A stretch of DNA of 62,413 bases, filler included, from Asterionella formosa (lineage: Eukaryota): NCBI GenBank assembly GCA_002256025.1. It is 12 parts of 12 records of this genome, joined end to end, with 100 filler letters (N's around TTAATTAATTAA, not from the genome) between each part and the next. Parts side by side here need not be neighbours in the genome. Positions count along the whole stretch, not along the records: positions 46,921 to 52,022 come from NKIB01013220.1; positions 52,123 to 57,219 come from NKIB01013221.1; positions 57,320 to 62,413 come from NKIB01013222.1; 9 more parts are not named here. One strand, written 5' to 3'. The position numbers were made by a program, and so were the translations under genes. The notes below the pieces were generated by a model that had not been told where the DNA came from, searched no databases, and worked only from the letters and a program-made list of their open reading frames with translations. This document shows, one piece after another, positions 50,241-60,605 of the stretch; positions within the stretch are counted from its first letter, which is position 1; the number at the start of each line of letters is the position of its first letter.

Positions 50241-51381
50241 ATGAACAGATTCAACTTCTTGTCCGCTCTCTTGTTGACTGCGGCATCTTGGACGCCTGCG
50301 CCAGTGTCTGCTGCTCCGGTATGTTTCAGCAATCAGCAATAGCTCGAGGCAGAGGTGCACTTGTATTCGATCCAACGCTCCCTTGAAGCTATGTACTAAC
50401 AGATTCCGCCATGTGTCGTTGATTTATTCACAGGATACCTTCGGCATTCTCACCAACAACTTCTTCATTTCGGGCCCTGCCACGACTGCTCAGCTGAAGA
50501 GTCCGTCCTCTATTGCAGCACAGACCGTGTTGAAAGGCTACACGACTGTGGCCAAACGCCAATTGGGTTCGTACAGCGGCTTTAGTGGCAAGTCGGTCCA
50601 ATACGGAAACTACATGATATCCAACGTCGTGCAACAGAGTTGCCCTGCTGGCACTCCCGCGCTCCCTTCCGGCTACAGCTGCCATTACATCTCCTGTACG
50701 GTGAAGCTCAATTACACGGCATCCCAGTTTTCTTCCCCACCAGGATCGGGGGCGGTCAATTACATTCAGTCTGCCATCAATACGGGCGGCAATCTCGACT
50801 GTGCCTTCAAAGCTGCCACTCCATCAACTCTCATTACTAGCAGAACCGGCGGCACCTGTCCCGGAACAACACCTGCACCAACTCCTCGTGCTCCTACCAA
50901 AGCACCCGCTCCAAGCAGCCCCGTCAGGTCACCCACCCCCTCCCCCGTGTCCACACCAATGACAGTTGCCACGCTTACCAACAACTGGGTCGTTGCTAAC
51001 AATGCTGGCATCCAAACGTCCACCTTCAACACTCCGACCTCTCAAGCCAGCAAACAACTTGTTGCAGCCTTCGAATCTCTCTTCAAGAAAACTTTGGCAA
51101 GCTATAATCCAAGTGGTTCTATTAAGTATTTGACACCCTCCACCTTGGGAACCGTCACAACCGCCAGCTGCTTCAGTGTTGACTCCACCTATAAGTGCAA
51201 TGCTGTCCCTGGCATATCCAAACTTAGTTACAATGCTGCATCCTTTTCTACTCCACCTGGAAATGCTATTGTGAATCTTGTCCAGGCCAAGATTAACAAC
51301 GGAGATCTCCAATGTGAATTGAAACGTCTCTACTCGGGATCACCATTACGCGTCATTACTGGTGGAGGCTGCAAACAGTAA
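50241..51381 (+). CDS. Secreted protein with two homologous Cys-containing domains and a Pro/Thr-rich linker; intron 50319-50433
   Basis: Signal exon MNRFNFLSALLLTAASWTPAPVSAAP. Internal repeat LTNN...SC...Y.C....KL.Y.A..FS.PPG...VN..Q..IN.G.L.C...TGG.C occurs twice. Confidence 0.8.
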
Positions 51382-52122
51382 TGGATCATGACAAAACATC
51401 CCATCTCCAAATATGAAATTTACAAAGGAAACAAATAGACTCTTAGAACCCTAAATCTAAGTATACACGTCGACACAATAGTAGTCTGCCATTACCGGTA
51501 ATATGTACCAAGTCCGTAGTATTCTCCCTACATGTTCTCGTAGCAGTCCCAATATTTAACGTTATTTACTCCGGTACTTGAGTGAGGTGATATGTGGACT
51601 ACAGCTATCATTCCTGGTTTTATCAACCGGAACGTTGGCCTTTTCAAGAAGTTCTTTTGTATTTAATAATCAAGAGTAAAAATTTGTGATGCGCACACAA
51701 AATTGACGCAATATTTATTTGTTCTACATCATTTGTAAACATATTATATATATTTATATACATTTGTATATATTACAATAATAAAATGTTCCCTCTTCTC
51801 ATTTCCCTGCCAAAAGGTATGCAACAAACATTGGTCTGTTGTTGTCGTGCAATCTTGTCGATTTTGTTGCTTGCTTTGCTGGTGTTTTATTCACTATGTT
51901 AGATCATAGACATATTTTGCTTTCCTGAAATTTGTGTCGAAAATGAGGGCACAGAGATTTGTTTTGAATGGTTTGACAAGCTTGTTCTCAATGCTGATGG
52001 GGTCCACATCATGTGTTGTGTTNNNNNNNNNNNNNNNNNNNNNNNNNNNNNNNNNNNNNNNNNNNNTTAATTAATTAANNNNNNNNNNNNNNNNNNNNNN
52101 NNNNNNNNNNNNNNNNNNNNNN

Positions 52123-53679
52123 AACTACTCCGAATGGGACAAGAAAACTGCCTCTCTCGTCAACGATCACTCGCAAGAAGAAGAAGAAGAAAAGCTGGCC
52201 GCCCAAAAGGCTCTGGGACTCGATGGCAAGTATGCCCATTCAGAATCGGAAGCACAAGAACGGAAGAAGGCTGTCGAAGTGAAGCGAGCGAAAAAGGTCC
52301 TCGATGGATACAAGAAGCGAGAAGGAAAAGTCATGCAGACGTTGACAGGGTTGCTGGACGACGTCCATGGAACCGTCCGAGTGACCCGTGACAACGTGGA
52401 AGCCGGGAAACGCGTGATGCATCTCTGCGACACCACGGGGTCATCTCCAACCGATACCATTGTCTTCACACAGGATTTGAGCCTCCTTGAATCTATGATG
52501 AACAACCAACCTCATTTGATCCCGAAATCTTATCCTGGCGACGTGGACAACGGTGTGCCCGAAGCTCCAATGACGCAACGAACTGTATATGGACTTATCA
52601 AAGTGTTCCTTTCCAATGTTCACAATTGCACTGTGATCATCCGATGCAAAATCATATCGGGGACTATAGAACTTGCGAATTGCTCGGACCTTACCCTCAA
52701 AATCGAATCTGAAGCTACAGTGGCCACGGTGCAAGTGGATCTTTGTCAATCGATCAACATTCAATTTCACGATGCTCCCTCGGGCAAAGATATCCCAGGA
52801 CAATCCAAGAAACTTTATTGGGGGGATGATCCAAATGACCGCGTCTTTTCTGCAGGTGTCTCGAACATGACCGTTGAAATATTTCGTGATGGGTATTGCG
52901 AAGCCACCACCACGGCCGATTATTTGACTAATGGGGCTGTGGCTGTAGGAAATGCAACACCAGAAGAGACTCAATTTGTCACTTCTGTTTTGGAAGGTGA
53001 ACTGGTCACAGAAAAGGTCATTCGTCATGGAGCCACGACTGGAACCAATGCCAGGGCCATGACGCAACGCGAGCTGGAGCAAGAAGCCAAACGGCGCGAA
53101 CAAGTTGCCCATGAGATGGAAATGAATTCCACTATCAAGTTTATTGAAAAGTACCCCATTCAGAAAAATCCCGTGGTTATTGATACAGAAGATGTCGTTG
53201 AAGAAGTCTACACTATGGACAAGCATGAAATGGAAATGATTATTAGGGAATGCGAACAAAACAAGGCACGTGGCAATGAAGCCTTTGGAGCAGGTGAATA
53301 TGCACAAGCTGTCTTGTTGTATTCCTTGGCCCTTGACAAGGCGACAGAACTCCCCGACAATGACACAAGTGCTGTTGGCAAGCAACAATTATTTCCACGC
53401 CATGTGGTTCTTGCCAATCGATCTGCGGCATTTTTGAAGTTAGGCAATCACGAAAAGGCCCTAGCAGACGGGATTCGTGCACAGGAGTTAGATCCAACAT
53501 ACATCAAGGGAGTTTTTCGACGGGGGCTCGCTTTGCATGCCATGCGGCAGTATGAAGAAGCAATTTCGGTGCTGGCTGAAGCGCACAAAATGGAACCCCA
53601 AAATAAACAAATCAAACAGGCGTTGCAGTTTGCCGAAGTGAGAATGACCCAGGAAATGAGAAAGAGGATGGAGCAGTAA
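52123..53679 (+). CDS. C-CAP/cofactor-C-like beta-helix domain + C-terminal TPR protein, 5' truncated
   Basis: The frame is open from the contig start (NYSEWD..). Beta-helix VFLSNVHNCTVII..TIELANCSDLTL..TVQVDLC. TPRs NKARGNEAF.AGEY..A...YS.AL, LANRSAAFLKLG and YIKGVFRRG.AL. Confidence 0.8.
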   Translation, partial: NYSEWDKKTASLVNDHSQEEEEEKLAAQKALGLDGKYAHSESEAQERKKAVEVKRAKKVLDGYKKREGKVMQTLTGLLDDVHGTVRVTRDNVEAGKRVMHLCDTTGSSPTDTIVFTQDLSLLESMMNNQPHLIPKSYPGDVDNGVPEAPMTQRTVYGLIKVFLSNVHNCTVIIRCKIISGTIELANCSDLTLKIESEATVATVQVDLCQSINIQFHDAPSGKDIPGQSKKLYWGDDPNDRVFSAGVSNMTVEIFRDGYCEATTTADYLTNGAVAVGNATPEETQFVTSVLEGELVTEKVIRHGATTGTNARAMTQRELEQEAKRREQVAHEMEMNSTIKFIEKYPIQKNPVVIDTEDVVEEVYTMDKHEMEMIIRECEQNKARGNEAFGAGEYAQAVLLYSLALDKATELPDNDTSAVGKQQLFPRHVVLANRSAAFLKLGNHEKALADGIRAQELDPTYIKGVFRRGLALHAMRQYEEAISVLAEAHKMEPQNKQIKQALQFAEVRMTQEMRKRMEQ

Positions 53680-54167
53680 AAATAGAAATACTTGTGAAGC
53701 ATAATTGACACATCTGTTTTTGGATATCAATGTTTTTCAATGTCTCCTCATTGTTTTGTGTAGTTAGGGACGACACGGTTCCTCAACTGGCAAAAGAGAG
53801 AAAAAAATTTCGGGAGGTCGAGCACATAAAGGTATATTGTTCTACCGGTAATTCACGCGAATCACACTATCATTTTGATCTCTCAGGACAGCTTCATTTT
53901 CTTATTTAGTTACTTTCCAAATCCAGTATCATATCGGTAATTGCATTTTTGTTCTTTGCTGTACAATACACATGCAAAGGTATAGTGGTTAATCCCTTAG
54001 GGTTCCTGGGGGTAAGAGTTGGTGGTGTGGTCGAAACAACGTTTTGAGGATGCATTGACAAGGTCTAGAGCTTGATGAAGGATCAAATATAATGAGCAAA
54101 AACGTGAAAGAGAATATGAACTAAAATAAATGCAAATATTGAATATTTCATTTTTCCATTCCCCCTT

Positions 54168-55925
54168 CTATGCTAGTATCTTGCCATGTTTCAAATTCTT
54201 CCACGCCTCCGGCATCATATCATCTGGAATCTTCATATCATGTCGAAATGACCATGTCATTTGATGATCTCTTGTGTATGGAACATCATCAAAGACAAAG
54301 GCATCCCTAGGTAAGGCAAACAAAATGCCCCCAACATATTCAATGGTAGTCTGCCTTTCAATGTCCTTGGTGGTAAACACAGCCACGGTATAGAGTGTTT
54401 CGCCATGACAGGTAAACCGATCCAACACAAACACTCGGTAATAATCTGACGCATCCTCTTGAGGCATATAGAATCCTCGGATCCAGAGTAAAAGAGAATC
54501 TGAGTATGGTCCTTCGTGTATAGTTTTTATGACCAAATCCTCCTGACGATTAAGTTCATAGGCAGCCTGGTACATATCAGCTCCTTTAGGTGGGACCCAA
54601 CTCTTCACATGATTGTCCCATGTATCTTGCCAGTCGCTACCGTAATCAATGGTTATCTCTTCGTCTTTGACAATATCCCGGAGTGCAATAAAGTCGAAAC
54701 TCAATCCAGAATGCCACTCATCATCTAAAGTGAGTGGATCTTGCTTTAACCATTCAGGGTGTCTCATAGTTTTGGACCACTGGATGCGAGTATTGGGAGT
54801 GGGCGAGTGATTGATTAAGGACGTGAGAGAACCGTACGGGGACAATAGTAACGAGGATTCTGGATGACCAAAACAATAATTGATCATTAATTGAGCATGA
54901 TTTGGAGACGACACATTTCTCTCTAGCATTCCATTATCGCTGACTGGCAGCGAGTCGTACATGATCAAGACGCTTCGATTAGGAATATGAATCAATGGAG
55001 CGGGTGCCACGAGTGCACCTTTTCCAATACTTCTGGACGCAAAGACCCCACGGCCTGCTTGATTAATACCAGATATTGCTGGCTTGATGTTATCCATACA
55101 CTGGCCATGTTCGTTGAGCCATTCCAAGGTTCGTCGCGATCGGGCTTTGTATTGCATGCCTGTTCCAATCTCAGCCAATTCGTCGACTAGTTCTTGAGAA
55201 GAAGGCAATGCATTGATGACTCTTGATTCCATGCCAAAGTTGGTTATTATTTTCCACAAGTCAGTTTGTAGTTGGAGGGAAGCCTCTGCTAGTGTCGCGT
55301 CACGAAGACGTTGGTATTTTCTCAAAAGTTTGTCTGCCTTCGGAAAATCTCCAGTCAGTGGCAGTAAGCCATAAGTGTCTTTCCTGGAAGAAAAGTAATT
55401 GTCCCCATAATCAATAAATAATTCTTCTCCTTCCAAAATATCCTTTATTGACATGGCCTTTCTATCGTAATAGGGAGTAAATGCCCCACTTCCTGGATCT
55501 GCCAAGCGGTGCAAGTCGGCATTGTCGCACTTGGACGAACTGTCCTCCACATTAACCAAAGGCAGCATACAATTAATGGCAGCACCAATGCCTGTCGATG
55601 CTGCATACAAATCTCCTCCTTCAGTTTCGTATTCCATGTCTCCGGCAACCGAATGTGACCAGGTGTATTCGTCCCACAGAAACGCCAGCGACTCGTGGCC
55701 GTTGTGCCAGGCGAGTTCTACAATGGGAATAATGATATCGCCCGCCATGACCATTTCTCTTTTCTTGAAATTCCTTCCGGCAAACATGCCGAGACCAGCT
55801 CCGGGGATTGTGGAAGGAGCCAGGTATACACCACATTGGTCCGTGTAGTGCGTAGGGTCCGTATAGCAGTGTGTTGAACAGACGGCAAGGAAGAAGGTTA
55901 TCGCAGCATATTGGAAACTCGACAT
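54168..55925 (-). CDS. Signal-peptide-bearing tandem SET-domain protein (putative lysine methyltransferase)
   Basis: N-terminal signal. SET1: CGVYLAPSTIPGAGLGMFAG..AINC..GEELFIDYG. SET2: AGRGVFAS..LINHS.TPN..ALRDI..EEITIDYG. Confidence 0.85.
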   Translation of the reverse strand: MSSFQYAAITFFLAVCSTHCYTDPTHYTDQCGVYLAPSTIPGAGLGMFAGRNFKKREMVMAGDIIIPIVELAWHNGHESLAFLWDEYTWSHSVAGDMEYETEGGDLYAASTGIGAAINCMLPLVNVEDSSSKCDNADLHRLADPGSGAFTPYYDRKAMSIKDILEGEELFIDYGDNYFSSRKDTYGLLPLTGDFPKADKLLRKYQRLRDATLAEASLQLQTDLWKIITNFGMESRVINALPSSQELVDELAEIGTGMQYKARSRRTLEWLNEHGQCMDNIKPAISGINQAGRGVFASRSIGKGALVAPAPLIHIPNRSVLIMYDSLPVSDNGMLERNVSSPNHAQLMINYCFGHPESSLLLSPYGSLTSLINHSPTPNTRIQWSKTMRHPEWLKQDPLTLDDEWHSGLSFDFIALRDIVKDEEITIDYGSDWQDTWDNHVKSWVPPKGADMYQAAYELNRQEDLVIKTIHEGPYSDSLLLWIRGFYMPQEDASDYYRVFVLDRFTCHGETLYTVAVFTTKDIERQTTIEYVGGILFALPRDAFVFDDVPYTRDHQMTWSFRHDMKIPDDMMPEAWKNLKHGKILA

Positions 55926-56659
55926 TGCGAACTAATTCTGGAGCCTTCTTGTCAACAGGGAGTCACAGCAATCAGTAACAACGACACTTTCAGAAGCGTT
56001 GAATTATAGATATAAAGTGCTTTATATATTACTGGTGAAAGTCGTCAACAGGATACCGGGTATAGCATCAATGGCTTATGCACTGTACCAGGTACCAGGT
56101 ACTTTACCGGTAGCTAAATTGGGTTCCAATGACAACAACTACCAGTAGCATGGCTATATGATATGTGCGATGTGTTTATGTGATATTCTATACCCTACTG
56201 TGTGCGGCATAACGGTTGTAACTTCAACATAAGGACAAAGAACAACAACCATGCATGTATGAATGACGAGAACGTCATTGATGGACTCAGTACAAAAGGG
56301 ACGATTGATGTGATTTCAATGACTGCACTACCTGTCCTGCTAGTACTCGGAGTACGGTACCCTGGTACCAGGTACTTGGTAACTTGGTTTCCAATTTTTA
56401 CTATGGAACCTGGTACCAATTGTACATACAGGTAATGGAATTAAAAAAGATGATAGGAGGCCCGCAGCAACGTGCAACATGGCGCGCCAAAAAATGGTTT
56501 TAATGCATACCGGTCCTTCTTTCCAGATTTACGCATCATGAACAGGGAAATGATGAACAAGAACAACAATTATCGTACCATAGTATATTTTTGTGTTGAT
56601 CTAGAAGTTCCTTGCCTAAACGTACCACTCTAATCACCCATCTATTTCCAGAATTCAGA

Positions 56660-57184
56660 ATGGCAGACTTGTACAATTTGCTGGGAGATATCGATCAGAT
56701 CGAACCGCATGATGATCAGCAACAAGACGATGCAATTATCGAAAGCACCGACGACATGGCATATGGGCAACCAGAAGTCCCTGCTGCTTTGAAGGAAGCG
56801 AAACGTCTCAAGTTTTCATATACTAGTGAAACGACGCAACCGGACGTCAGCATTGAGAATCAAAAGGAAGATGCCGATTACGTCACACTCAAGAGCCTGT
56901 GGTTTCAAGAAATCAACTGCCCCGAACTATTACCTCACGACAAGGACAACATGTCACTTTTTATGGAACTCATTGAAAGCCAAGAAGAATCGATTGACAA
57001 GTTACAAGCAGCTACTTCGACGAGCAGTGATTCAAATATGGACAACTTGGTGGCTTCCATTTATAGCATGGATGCCGCCAGAGTCAGATTTATGTTGACG
57101 GATTTGGCGCGAACAAGGTTGTCTAAAATTGAACAGTTTGCATTTTACATGAGAGATCATTTGGACTTGATGAGCGCAGAAGAG
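56660..57184 (+). CDS. GINS4: GINS complex subunit 4 (Sld5), first exon; remainder truncated
   Basis: LKSLWFQEINCPELLP and IYSMDAARVRFML....RTRLSKIEQF..LMSAEE, followed by a GT donor. Confidence 0.8.
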
Positions 57185-58305
57185 GTGATTGTATCACATG
57201 TCATGTATTGTTAAGTATTNNNNNNNNNNNNNNNNNNNNNNNNNNNNNNNNNNNNNNNNNNNNTTAATTAATTAANNNNNNNNNNNNNNNNNNNNNNNNN
57301 NNNNNNNNNNNNNNNNNNNCAAAAAAAACCACGGAAGCAATCAAATCGGAAGGTCGATAAATACGATCTACAATCCACATTCAGTGTTTCACTGTTGTAC
57401 TTGCCGATCCGCTTCAACTAGCATAACAAGCAGCAGACGATGGGATAAAAGAAAGACGAACGTTGCCTATTGCAAGCCCGAATAGAGCAAAGGCAGGCAA
57501 GATAGAGTGAGAACTATATTTGTGAGGACGAAATCGGGCATATGGTACGTAAAATCAATGAATATGTTAACGATATAATTCAACATTTCAGGTCTCGTAA
57601 AAATAATACCGAGTCTACAGAGATAATATTATAACGTGTTCAAAGTAAGCGTTAAAGCATAGCTTAAACCATGCATGGTTGTTTTTAGTACCACGTACGT
57701 ATGTAGACTAGATGACTGCCAGTACCGGTTGAATATCCATTTAGCATCATTACATACATGACCGGAGCAAAAACTTGCCACCAACATCAGATGTTTCGAT
57801 ATCACCGTTTGTCCAACGAAATATGGACGATGCGACTACATGAATACCTCGAGAAGACAAGCAATCCAACAATCAACCGCATCAGTTAGGCAAAGAATCG
57901 CTACTGGCGTCATCACGGAACTGATTTCGCTTCAAATCGGTCATGATGGACAACGATTGGCATGGTGAAAGGTGAATTGCCGGAGTCCACTTTTCAGGAG
58001 ACAAACAAAAACGAAGTGAATTCTAGATATAAATTATTAAAAACAGTATATAAAATGGTTTCCTTAAGTAGACCCCTTGCCGATTTCGGCAATCCCGGGG
58101 CTGGAAAACCGAGGGGCAATTGGCGTCTGTTGTCTTGCCAAAATGAGAACATATGAAATAAACAAAATATATTTTAATGATGGGCAATATCGGACCTTTG
58201 GCAATTTTCGAGGTGAAGATAGGAAGTATACAAAATACATTTTATATGATGGGCAATAGTAGGCTAAAATTGACATTTATGCTAAATTTGTGGGCAGTGG
58301 GTAAG

Positions 58306-58339
58306 CGAATGACGTGACGATAGCTAGAGCGGGAATTGC
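58306..58339 (+). repeat. Short dispersed repeat also present at 10967-11000
   Basis: CGAATG....GACGATAGCT(A/G)GAGCGGGAATTGC on two unrelated contigs. Confidence 0.7.
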
Positions 58340-58682
58340 CTCAACAATACCCTTCTCGGCGGCTACTTGCCTTCTCGTATACATGTGTACTCGCAGGCAA
58401 GAGACCACCTCGGGCGTGTATTGCCTTCAGCAATATTGAAAGCTCACCTTTTCCACGAAAAGGTTTGTAGGTTTCCCTCAACAGCCTGCCCCGGTTTATA
58501 TATACTCATTTATGAATAAAATATTCATCCTGCTGTGACGATGATGGAGACATAGGAATATATACTTTATCTGTATTTTTATATACTCAATGCGACCGGT
58601 ACTCGAGTGATTCTATACATTTGTTTGGAGTATTAATTTTAGGCATTCACAACGGTACTTTTTCCCGAATCCACGAGCCACC

Positions 58683-60598
58683 ATGGCGGCGCCTCGAAGT
58701 AATAATCTCGGCATGAATGGCTTTCGGCCCACTCGGTCAAATCGAATCTCAGCTTGGTCTCTAATAGCCTGTACTCTCACAGGATGCATCTGTTTCTACG
58801 CTGGTGTCTTATGGGGTATGCAAGCTGGCGCCATTGAAAATCTAAAACACTCAAACCGTGAATTTGACCTGATCGATGCAGCGATGGAGCCGAAGGGGCG
58901 AAAGGGACGATTCGCCAAAGGTACGGTTAGATGATTCATTTAAAAAAATTAATTTCCACGGTTCTAGACTCACATACACCACACTCAAACAAAAAGAGCG
59001 AGGGAGAAAAACAGGACGAGGAAACGATGGTTGGGATTCATTCTTATCGAGTCGCTTTCCAAAATCCGTCCAAACAATAGCTTCCGGCCTTGCGTTAGTG
59101 GACAGAAATGAGTTCGCAGAGGCATTTGACACAGGCGTTCCTCTGGATCCTTCAATTCCAGGCAATGACCAAGTGCTGCTGATTTATTCTCGACCAACGG
59201 CGCTGCCTAGTGATGATGCGTCGGCGAATGAAGCGAGGTCGTTGGGGCAGGTGCCTGTATTGTCAGTAGAGGACGCCACCGAGAATTGTGACTTTCTAAA
59301 TATTATACTATCAGAGTCAAAGTCTAATCGAGCTCAGTGTATTGCTGTCATGGGGCAGTATGAATCCTTTCATATTCAGAAATTTATGCGCCTCGATGAA
59401 ACCGTCAAGAAACCAATAAATCGTAAGATTCCACTTCGCCGCGTCAATCGAGGTTCACAAGCCCATGGTGGAAAGAGTATATTTCCTCCTTCGAAGGCCG
59501 TATCATTGAAGTATTGGGACATTTTGCAGGGGTATTTGCAACGGCTCCCTGCCAAATTGATTGAGCTCTACCCTATCGCCCAAAAGGTGGCCAAGGAAAA
59601 CACTGTCATTGTATTAGTCTGCAACTTTGGACAATCAGAACTGTTGATGAATTTTGTGTGTGCTGCGAAGGCAAGGTGGTTCAGTTTGTCACACATACTA
59701 CTCTTTGCTACCGATGAAGAAACCAAAGACCTTGGTGAAAGTTTGGGACTAACGACGTGGTTCGATATCGAGGTACGAAGCTATCACTGTGTGAAGGATT
59801 TTACCATGCATGTGCGGGCTATCTAACAGTGTATGGATCGTTGCCTGATAGACATTTGGTATCATGCCAAAAAAGGCAGCATCCCATTATGCTGATGCGG
59901 CATTTACTACTATGATGATGGCGAAGGTATGGTGTGTTCAAATGATCATGATGTTGGGATTCGATGTACTGTTCCAAGACGTTGATGTTGTATGGTATCG
60001 AGATCCTTTGGAATTTTTCCACAACAGCAGCCACAATTGGCATGATTTCGATATATACTTTCAGGATGATGGCAACCATGCACTATATTATGCTCCTTAC
60101 TCGGCAAACACAGGTTTCTATTACGTGAGACATAATGAGCGAACCGAGTATTTCTTCAACGCCTTCCTTCTTGCAGGAGACTTGGTTCTTTCAACTCACT
60201 CTCACCAAGTTGCGCTGATTACTTTGCTTAACGAACATTCTAGTATGTATGGTCTCAAAGTCAAGATTCTCCCAAGAGATGGCGACGAATTCCCCGGCGG
60301 CTATCACTTTCACAATCGAAAAGAATACATGCATGACTTCTTTGCGGGGAAGGTTGAGCCATATATTTTTCACATGAGTTGGACGATCAGTAAAGGTAAC
60401 AAGCTCAAATATTTTCAGCAGATGGGAGAATGGTTCCTTGACGACAAGTGTGCAGGCAAAAGAAAGGCTGAGATCGGAAATGTCCCCAGCTGCTGCCTGC
60501 AGGAACCTGCAGTTACATGTCATTTCCGAGACAAGCCGTCCAAGATTCCTTGTAAAGATATGCCAAATATTGACAAAGGGAAGTCCTCTTTTTGGTAA
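58683..60598 (+). CDS. Nucleotide-diphospho-sugar transferase (GT77-like) type II membrane protein; introns 58921-58996 and 59773-59851
   Basis: N-terminal TM helix, LLMNFVC, LFATD, LGFDVLFQDVDVVW.RDP (DxD), ANTGFYYVR, HQ and FHMSWT..K. Confidence 0.8.
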
Positions 60599-60605
60599 TA
60601 CGGAA

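Noticed and set aside
52441..53388. 315-aa minus-strand ORF (also 29968-30687 and 42057-42632)
   Set aside because: Antisense to well-supported genes, with no recognisable motifs.
2928..60598. Polyamine enzyme + secreted SET + glycosyltransferases + secreted protein as a silicification cluster
   Set aside because: All on separate, artificially joined contigs.
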